In this document: positions 57,568 through 64,000 of the stretch, in pieces
How the letters are laid out: every line of letters begins with the position of its first letter
Position numbering within the stretch: the first letter of the stretch is position 1
Assembly: GCA_036677065.1 (NCBI GenBank)
Contig: JAKFBS010000003.1
Location: 32,001 to 96,000, forward strand
Length of the DNA stretch: 64,000 nucleotides
Direction of reading: 5' to 3'
From: Bdellovibrio sp.
GTDB taxonomy: Bacteria; Bdellovibrionota; Bdellovibrionia; Bdellovibrionales; Bdellovibrionaceae
Notes under the pieces: generated by a model
Told to the model about the DNA's origin: nothing
Databases searched by the model: none
Seen by the model: the letters and a program-made list of their open reading frames with translations, nothing else
Translations under genes and position numbers: made by a program

Positions 57568-57706
57568 ATATAATTCCCCCGTAAGCGATATGCCGCAAGG
57601 TATAGCATAAGATTTAAGCGAATGAACACCGAAAAAAGCAAAATGACACCAGCTAGGAATTGTTTACTTAGCGAGCAGAAGCTCTAGGACTGTGTTTAGG
57701 GTGTGT

Positions 57707-59569
57707 TTATTTGTCTAGCGGAAGCTCAACGGTGAATTTAGAGCCTCGTTCAGGCGAGCTATCAACCGTAATCTTACCCTTATGTAATTCTACGAAGTAC
57801 TGGGCTAAATAAAGCCCCAAGCCCGAACCTTTGATGGTTGTGGTCTTAACTGTGTGAGTGCGAAAGAATTTCATGAAAATATTGGGTAGGTCAGATGGCG
57901 GGATCCCCATACCCTGATCTTGGAACTCTACTATTATAGTATCGTCGCCTTCGCGGCTACGTACCCAAACAGTCGATTCGTCAGGGGAGTACTTAATCGC
58001 GTTCTCGAGTAAGTTCGAGAACACTTGTTTAATAAGCTCTGGGTCTACCTGAGTCGGAAACATCGGTTCAAGCTCTTGGATGATCTTAATCTTTTTAACT
58101 TTAGCTAGGAATTCATGTTTTTTCACGACGTCAGATAAAAGCTGATTAAGGTCTTTAGCTTGTTTGTGCAGTTGAACGCCTTGGCTTTCGATACTGCCGT
58201 ACTGAAGAATAGCATTGATGAATTTAAGAAGGTCGTCAGAGCTATGTCTGATCGTGTCCAGCGCTTCTCTTTGGTGAGAGGATAGTTGTTGTGGGTCTTT
58301 GTAGATGACTTCAGTCATGCCGGTAATACGCGCGATAGGCGTCTTTAAATCGTGTGACATCATTGAGATGAAGTTTGTTTTAAGCTCTTCAACTTCAGAG
58401 AGTAGTTTATGCTTTTGGTAGTATTCCCATGACTTGCGGTTTTCACGGATAAGGCGGTAGGGGATGAAGAAGTAGTAGCAGAGGAAGATGGCCAGGAGCG
58501 GGTGAGACAGCTCGATCCATAAACCAAATATTATGAATAATAGGGTAGAAAAAAATGCTAAACCGATAAAGGTAGCAGCTAATGTTACCAGTCCCTTTGC
58601 CGGAGTTAGAGATAAAGTTGCATATAATGTTAATAGCGAGATCAAGATCGTAATAGCGATAGTGAATGGTTTTGGAAGACGGTACGGAGCTTTGTTATCA
58701 ATCAGTGTTTGAAATTGATTCGCTTGCAATTCAACTTTTGTCATCGCACTGAAATGACGATTAAATGGTGTTGCTACGTAATCTGCAGCACCTTTATTTA
58801 AATCTGTACCAACCAGAATTAGCTTATTCTCCAAAGCTTCTTTAGGTACTTTTTGGTCGACAATATCTTCGAAGCTGTATGTTGGAAACGAACCCTTAGG
58901 ATGATAGTCGATGTACAGCTGCATAGAGTCCATATAGAAAAAAGACCCTTTAATATTTTCAACATTTTGAATAGCAGGATTATAATATGACGCCAGAATT
59001 GGCTGCATCATTGATTGTCCTTGGTACTGGTACATCAATCGTCTAGAGACGCCATCTTTACCAAACGACTTGCCATCAACACTAAAGGGCATAGAAGACA
59101 ACTTAAGTGAATCTAAAGGCGGTTTAAGCTTATAAGGCTCAAGCTCGCCTTTCATGGTTAAGTTTTGCGTAGAAAAAATGAGATTAGGGATACTTTTAAT
59201 TTGTTCTGTAAATTCTTTTTTTTCTGCATCCGAACCAGTGATATCAACGAAGGCATCGTCCTCTGTTCTTAGTTCATAAACGATAAACTTTGGATTTAAA
59301 GCTGAAAGTTGATTCAAAAATCTTATATGATCTTTAAACTTCGGTTCGCCTTGATATTTTTCAACAGTTTTTGGTGTAATTAAGACAATGGCAATTGGTG
59401 TGGTTTTCGCCTTAGCAAGACCAAGAAAAGATTTTGTTTTAATTCTTAAGTCAATCAGGTGACCTTCAATGAAATCTAGATTGAAGGTAGAGATTAGAAA
59501 TCCAATTGCAATTGCGAATATGAGTCGTAAAGCGAAAAATTTTGGAGCGAGTTTTGTATTGTTGTCCAA
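57707..59569 (-). CDS. CHASE2-domain sensor histidine kinase
   Basis: N-terminal transmembrane segment, CHASE2-like region (IAIVLI, NKLILVG, TPF..M.KVELQAN), three transmembrane segments, SHDLKTP, NLLENAIKYS, DQGMG, GSGLGL. Confidence 0.88.
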   Translation of the reverse strand: MDNNTKLAPKFFALRLIFAIAIGFLISTFNLDFIEGHLIDLRIKTKSFLGLAKAKTTPIAIVLITPKTVEKYQGEPKFKDHIRFLNQLSALNPKFIVYELRTEDDAFVDITGSDAEKKEFTEQIKSIPNLIFSTQNLTMKGELEPYKLKPPLDSLKLSSMPFSVDGKSFGKDGVSRRLMYQYQGQSMMQPILASYYNPAIQNVENIKGSFFYMDSMQLYIDYHPKGSFPTYSFEDIVDQKVPKEALENKLILVGTDLNKGAADYVATPFNRHFSAMTKVELQANQFQTLIDNKAPYRLPKPFTIAITILISLLTLYATLSLTPAKGLVTLAATFIGLAFFSTLLFIIFGLWIELSHPLLAIFLCYYFFIPYRLIRENRKSWEYYQKHKLLSEVEELKTNFISMMSHDLKTPIARITGMTEVIYKDPQQLSSHQREALDTIRHSSDDLLKFINAILQYGSIESQGVQLHKQAKDLNQLLSDVVKKHEFLAKVKKIKIIQELEPMFPTQVDPELIKQVFSNLLENAIKYSPDESTVWVRSREGDDTIIVEFQDQGMGIPPSDLPNIFMKFFRTHTVKTTTIKGSGLGLYLAQYFVELHKGKITVDSSPERGSKFTVELPLDK

Positions 59570-59592
59570 GTGAGATTAATAGCTAAATTGAA

Positions 59593-59688
59593 TTAAGCTA
59601 CAGGGCCGCAAGGCTCTTTAGGATCGCCGCCTTTGCCTGGGCCAGCTAATTCAGTATTAGGCTTAATTTTTTTGATATGTTTTTTCAT
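59593..59688 (-). CDS. Putative RiPP precursor peptide, 31 aa: MKKHIKKIKPNTELAGPGKGGDPKEPCGPVA
   Basis: Hand-translated; below the ORF-track cutoff. GGGGGAAAAT RBS; 17 nt after the rSAM stop and 23 nt before the kinase start; KHIK leader resembles SCIFF/CteA precursors. Confidence 0.8.
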   Translation of the reverse strand: MKKHIKKIKPNTELAGPGKGGDPKEPCGPVA

Positions 59689-59705
59689 ATTTTCCCCCTG
59701 CCGGA

Positions 59706-61040
59706 TTACTCCGCAGTCCTAGCTTTTTTATAATACGAAAGCGTCACTAAAAGCAAGTTTCTTGTGCGCTCACAGAATAAATTATCTTTTTTATGTTTGT
59801 CGCCATTGTTGGCCTTATTGATGTACATACAGCCGCCGCCGCAAGCGTGGCGTGCCCAGCAGGTTTGGCAATTATTAAGTTCTATTAAAGGTTTGGCATA
59901 CTTAGCTAGTTTGTCATGGTCGAGTTGTTCATTTTCGCCCACTACTTCGCTTTGATCGCCTGCAGCCCAAACGCACGTGTAAAGTTTATTCTTAGCGTCT
60001 ACCATTAGGTACGTTTTACCAGCGCCACAATAGTTTTCTATGCGGGTTTGGCTGTCTAAGACTTGAAATCCTTGATCAAACTGAAGAATTTTTCGAAGCT
60101 CTTTTTCGCCGCCATTGTTCCAAGCTTCTTCTGCAATTAAACTCATTTGTTCGAGATAAATTCTTTGAGTTTCTGAAGACTTCTCCGTCGATTCGAAATG
60201 AAATTCCATACGATCTGGATTTAGGCTGCGAAAGAATTGATAAGTCTTTAGAGCTTCTGGATTTCTAGCTGAGCATACAGCGGCTAAATTAAATGAAGTG
60301 ATGTTGCCACGATCTCTATTTAATTCGCGAATTCCAGCTAAGGTCATATCTGTTGAGCTAGTGTTGTTCTTAGTTGGTCTAACAATGTCGTTAATCTCTT
60401 TAGGGCCATCAAGACTAATTTTAACATCAATTTTCATTGAGCGAACAATCTCAAGTGTACGCCCCTCGAGTAAGGTTCCATTAGTTACGATAGACATTAT
60501 CGGGATTATTTTATGAATAGCAGCTTCTTCCTGAGCGTAATTGTAAATAGCCAAAATAGCTTCTGGATGAAGTAGCGGCTCTCCGCCGATAAAAATAATT
60601 CTAAATTTTTGACCAGGCGATAAACTTGAAATAAAAAATTTTAATTGAGGAAGCGTTTTTTCTACATTAATTTTATTAGTAGGTTGTCCATACGTTCCAT
60701 CGCCTCCGGCGGCACAATAGACGCATTTAAGATTGCAAATTTGGTTAATATTTAAATTAATTGTACGAATGCCAAATTCTAATTTTCCACTTTTAGCATT
60801 AGGATTTACTTCAGAGTTCCACTCGCTCAACGCTTCAAAAGCTTCCTTTTCTTCATCATTGCCTGGAAGTTTGACATCGGGAATTGCGCCATCGGTAATT
60901 GCGATCGGTGTCATTTGAGCGAAAGATTCAGGACTGATCTCTGCAACTTCGAGATTATAAGCGTGATAAGCTGTAATGGAATCGTCCTCAGCTTTAAACG
61001 CGATAATTTCATTATGTCTGCGCAGTTCTATTGGTTTCAT
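59706..61040 (-). CDS. Radical SAM/SPASM peptide maturase (CteB/PapB ranthipeptide-like)
   Basis: CNLKCVYC; GGEPLL; TNG; SLDG; seven-Cys SPASM (CGAG..YTC, CQTCWARHACGGGC, FC); about 90-aa N-terminal extension consistent with an RRE. Confidence 0.9.
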   Translation of the reverse strand: MKPIELRRHNEIIAFKAEDDSITAYHAYNLEVAEISPESFAQMTPIAITDGAIPDVKLPGNDEEKEAFEALSEWNSEVNPNAKSGKLEFGIRTINLNINQICNLKCVYCAAGGDGTYGQPTNKINVEKTLPQLKFFISSLSPGQKFRIIFIGGEPLLHPEAILAIYNYAQEEAAIHKIIPIMSIVTNGTLLEGRTLEIVRSMKIDVKISLDGPKEINDIVRPTKNNTSSTDMTLAGIRELNRDRGNITSFNLAAVCSARNPEALKTYQFFRSLNPDRMEFHFESTEKSSETQRIYLEQMSLIAEEAWNNGGEKELRKILQFDQGFQVLDSQTRIENYCGAGKTYLMVDAKNKLYTCVWAAGDQSEVVGENEQLDHDKLAKYAKPLIELNNCQTCWARHACGGGCMYINKANNGDKHKKDNLFCERTRNLLLVTLSYYKKARTAE

Positions 61041-61072
61041 ATTGTCTCTTTATTCCTGAATCTAAATTAGAA

Positions 61073-61090
61073 TAGCAATACTAGAGCCAA
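61073..61090 (-). promoter_or_regulatory. Sigma54 (-24/-12) promoter upstream of the rSAM gene
   Basis: Minus strand reads TTGGCTCTAGTATTGCTA (TGGC-N7-TTGC, GG-N10-GC), about 32 nt before ATG 61040. Confidence 0.75.
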
Positions 61091-61146
61091 ATGAAAGTAT
61101 CTTGCGGAAGTTACTGGTTTTTATATAAACCGTTAGGACTTTAGTA

Positions 61147-62964
61147 CTATGCTTTCGGTAAACTGATTTTGATCGTTGTTCCTACATGTTCTGCAGAAGA
61201 GATTTCGAATCGTCCGTTTAGTCGTTCAATAACTCGTTTGGCGTGTAGAATCCCAATCCCATTTCCTTGATTGGTATCTGCCTTTGTTGTAATGCGGGCA
61301 GTGCCTAGAAGCTTTAGAACTTGTTCGGGAATTCCAGTACCATTATCTGTTATGCCCACGCGAATCATATCATTATGCGAATCTATTGAAATAAAAATTC
61401 TAGGTTCTAGGATACTTTGAAGAGCGAAGATTGAGTTATCTAAAATATTACTCAGGATGCGTTCTAAATCTAATTTTAGCCCCATCGCGGTTGTCGATTC
61501 AGAATTAATCACGAATTCAAATTCAACTTTTGTATTTAGAATTTTTTTCTCTTTAGTTATTGATGAAATAATTTCTGCTAAATCAATTTGCTCAACAGCT
61601 TCATTTTCGCTACCAGTCTTCGTTCTATAACGAGTAAGAATCTTAGTTGCGGTTTCATCAATTCGCTGAACGGCACTATCAAAGATTTCTTTATATTCTG
61701 GGTCGTCGAACTTTACTTTGTGCATTACTAGATTAATTGCGGAAAGTGGCGACCGAATATCATGCGCAACTTTTTCTGAGACTGTAAGAAGTGCATCAAT
61801 TCTTGCATCTCCGATTTCTTGTAGTTTTTTCGTTTCCTGCTCTTTAAACATCGAGAACATTATTATTGGGATGCCTAAGTATTGCAGAAAAAATATTAAA
61901 ACAATTGATCTAGAGAAATCTAGAAAAAAACTGCTGAAAACATAAGTTAATGTCGCTAAAATAAGGAACAGTGGAATGATCGAAAGCGAAATGAATAATT
62001 TCGTTTTCGATGGAATTTTTATACAAATTAAAATACTAAGAATTATGAAAGTTATTAACAGATCATTAAAATTTTTAGGGGTTTTAATATAATTCCCAGT
62101 AGTATATGTATTTAATATATTTGCCAGGTTATCAACATGTGGGAAATAGAACGTTTTGAAATTATCACCAGAAATTTTATCTGAAAAATTAAATACTGAA
62201 GGTAATCCTGAGAATGAAAACTCATCGAAAGATCCAAGCAAAATTGTTTTTTCTGTAAAATTGCTACCATCAATAATATTGTTCAATAAGTCTTGAGCAT
62301 CGTAAGAACCAAAAGCACCTGCTTTATAGCTTTTAAAATAGATTTGATCAGTTTCCCAAAGTTTAAATCCAAATTTGAAATAATTAAGTTCTTTGGGATT
62401 GTATCCTAAGTTCTTCAATTCTAGATATTCATCCGCAGGTCCTTCTTTATCATAACTTAATAATAGCCGTCTGGGTTTGCGGTCGCGTGCACCCTGATTC
62501 GTGTCGGTTGAGCTACTTATAATAACAAAGCGCGCGAAATTTTCAAATACTGGATTCCTTGCAAGATTGTCTTCTGGATTTACGTAATCAGCTTGTAGAT
62601 ATATTTCTTTTTTATCTTCAATATATTTAAAAAAACCTTTTTTAATTTCTTCGCCGCGAAATTCTTTTTGAGAAAAGCAGAGAATAATATGTTTTGGTTT
62701 GTAGCTGCGAATTTTATCAATGACCGATGTGAATGTTTCTAGTGTAAAGGGTCTTGTGAACGTATCGACTTTGCCATTAATGTTAACCGTAACGAATGAT
62801 GTATCAACTTCAGCAGGATCATTTAAGAATTGTAATGCATCTTTGATAAAAGATTTTACGCGTGGAAAATCAGTCTGCTGACAATACCACATCAAGGGCA
62901 CAAGCGCAGCAACCAGAACCAACTTTTTCCAAGAAAACGAGAACCAACGATTTAGCCATTTCAT
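61147..62964 (-). CDS. Second membrane sensor histidine kinase with a divergent CHASE2-like domain
   Basis: Transmembrane segment + extracellular region (KTILLG...NLANIL) + three transmembrane segments; AHDIRSPL, NILDNS, DNGTG, GNGIG. Confidence 0.85.
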   Translation of the reverse strand: MKWLNRWFSFSWKKLVLVAALVPLMWYCQQTDFPRVKSFIKDALQFLNDPAEVDTSFVTVNINGKVDTFTRPFTLETFTSVIDKIRSYKPKHIILCFSQKEFRGEEIKKGFFKYIEDKKEIYLQADYVNPEDNLARNPVFENFARFVIISSSTDTNQGARDRKPRRLLLSYDKEGPADEYLELKNLGYNPKELNYFKFGFKLWETDQIYFKSYKAGAFGSYDAQDLLNNIIDGSNFTEKTILLGSFDEFSFSGLPSVFNFSDKISGDNFKTFYFPHVDNLANILNTYTTGNYIKTPKNFNDLLITFIILSILICIKIPSKTKLFISLSIIPLFLILATLTYVFSSFFLDFSRSIVLIFFLQYLGIPIIMFSMFKEQETKKLQEIGDARIDALLTVSEKVAHDIRSPLSAINLVMHKVKFDDPEYKEIFDSAVQRIDETATKILTRYRTKTGSENEAVEQIDLAEIISSITKEKKILNTKVEFEFVINSESTTAMGLKLDLERILSNILDNSIFALQSILEPRIFISIDSHNDMIRVGITDNGTGIPEQVLKLLGTARITTKADTNQGNGIGILHAKRVIERLNGRFEISSAEHVGTTIKISLPKA

Positions 62965-63200
62965 GCGATAACCACCTATGACATTAAGATTATGGCTAAA
63001 TAATCAAATATTTAGTAGCGTGAGAAGTATGGTCGGCTCGAGTTTTAGGACTTTGGTCGCTGTTTAAAAAATATTTAATTTTTTAAAGAATCAATATTGC
63101 CAGCCTTTGATCATTAAAGAATATGTAATTTTCTACATATTTAAACAATGCAAGGCTTAGGTCTATTGTGAGTAATCATTCGATCAAGTTTAATAAAAAT

Positions 63201-64000
63201 ATGAGAATGTTTATTAACATTTTATTAACATTCTTGGTGTTGCAGGCGCAGGCGCAAATTTTTATACCGATGGCGTTTTACAGTGGTGTTATATGGGTTC
63301 ATAATTTTGGAACTTATCGTGCATGGAAGGACGGGACGTATGCTATTTCATGCGATGCGTATTTAACTTCTTCTGATAAACATCAATACGTTGGAGATAC
63401 TGGAAATGGCGTTTATCGGATTCAGCCAATTTCTTTTGGTGTGCCGTTTGATGTTTATTGTGACATGACCAACGATTCGGGCGGATGGATGTTGGCGGCG
63501 GTGCCTCGGCGTGCAACTGCAAAAATGTCAGAAACTGCAGGGTTGCTGGATCCAACAGTGACAGCGGCAACCAGAAATTCAAATATTTGGAATACGACAA
63601 GCACGGTGCCATTTCAGAATATACGTTTAACAAATAATTGGCCGACACCAACCAGCCGAAACATGGCAACGTTTCCCACTTCCACGACGCTGGGTACGTT
63701 GCTGACAACGTATTCGACGTATAGCCAATCAAATATTGTACTGAGTGGCACAGCAATCATTTCTACAATTGCATCAACTTGTTTAGTGATACGTGGAAAA
63801 AGTAGAACTGATGCCCCCTACAACGACAACGCAGATTGGTTGTTTATAGGTTTTCATTCTAGGTGTACTGCGCCGGTTAGCGATGCCGATAATTGGGATA
63901 CTACTTCTGGTTCTACTCAGTGGATTATCGGAGGTAAAGATAACGGTAATCCAATGTTAGCCGATACTTCAGTGGGAATTAACACCAGCGATAAGCACTG
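63201..64000 (+). CDS. Secreted protein with a fibrinogen-like N-terminal module, truncated by window end
   Basis: Hand-translated, absent from the track. MRMFINILLTFLVLQAQA signal; SC..Y...GNGVYRIQP...FDVYCDMTNDSGGWML; frame open to 64000. Confidence 0.75.
   Translation, partial: MRMFINILLTFLVLQAQAQIFIPMAFYSGVIWVHNFGTYRAWKDGTYAISCDAYLTSSDKHQYVGDTGNGVYRIQPISFGVPFDVYCDMTNDSGGWMLAAVPRRATAKMSETAGLLDPTVTAATRNSNIWNTTSTVPFQNIRLTNNWPTPTSRNMATFPTSTTLGTLLTTYSTYSQSNIVLSGTAIISTIASTCLVIRGKSRTDAPYNDNADWLFIGFHSRCTAPVSDADNWDTTSGSTQWIIGGKDNGNPMLADTSVGINTSDKH

Noticed and set aside
57581..57596. Sigma54-like CGGCATATCGCTTAC before the regulator
   Set aside because: The -12 position reads AC instead of GC.
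59706..61040. rSAM as an anaerobic sulfatase maturase or PqqE
   Set aside because: No sulfatase or pqq genes nearby; the adjacent Cys peptide and N-terminal extension favour a peptide maturase.
63343..63756. Minus-strand 137-aa ORF
   Set aside because: Antisense to the longer plus-strand ORF that has a signal peptide and a recognisable motif.

Overview
A 64-kb bacterial chromosome segment. Gene content and protein style suggest Bdellovibrionota (Bdellovibrionaceae-like); this is an inference. In order: a window-truncated sensor kinase with a degenerate ATPase domain, a HAD hydrolase, glmU-glmS, an MltF-like transglycosylase, tdk, a secreted phospholipase D, trmFO, a DciA/DUF721 protein, a secreted alpha/beta-hydrolase, and a stand-alone HUH (Y1/RAYT-like) transposase with a family of 15-bp GGGGGTATCGGTCAC repeats. 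These are followed by mlaEFD, a flagellar operon with an upstream sigma54 site (TPR protein, degenerate enhancer-binding protein, flgBC-fliEFGHIJ-motE/flbB-fliK-flgD-TIGR02530-flgE), the liv transporter, pfkA, a trypsin, a Cys-repeat secreted protein, HU, a KimA-like APC permease, yacG, acs, a TonB-dependent receptor, ileS-lspA-lgt and three paralogous Cys-rich secreted proteins. The most striking locus is at about 55.3-63 kb on the minus strand. A sigma54 -24/-12 promoter sits ahead of a radical SAM/SPASM maturase. Directly after it is an unannotated 31-aa peptide (MKKHIKKIKPNTELAGPGKGGDPKEPCGPVA, SCIFF/CteA-like leader, one Cys), then a CHASE2 histidine kinase and a sigma54-activating response regulator. 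A second CHASE2-like kinase lies upstream. The layout suggests an agr-like, RiPP-based autoinduction circuit. No rRNA, tRNA or CRISPR array was seen.
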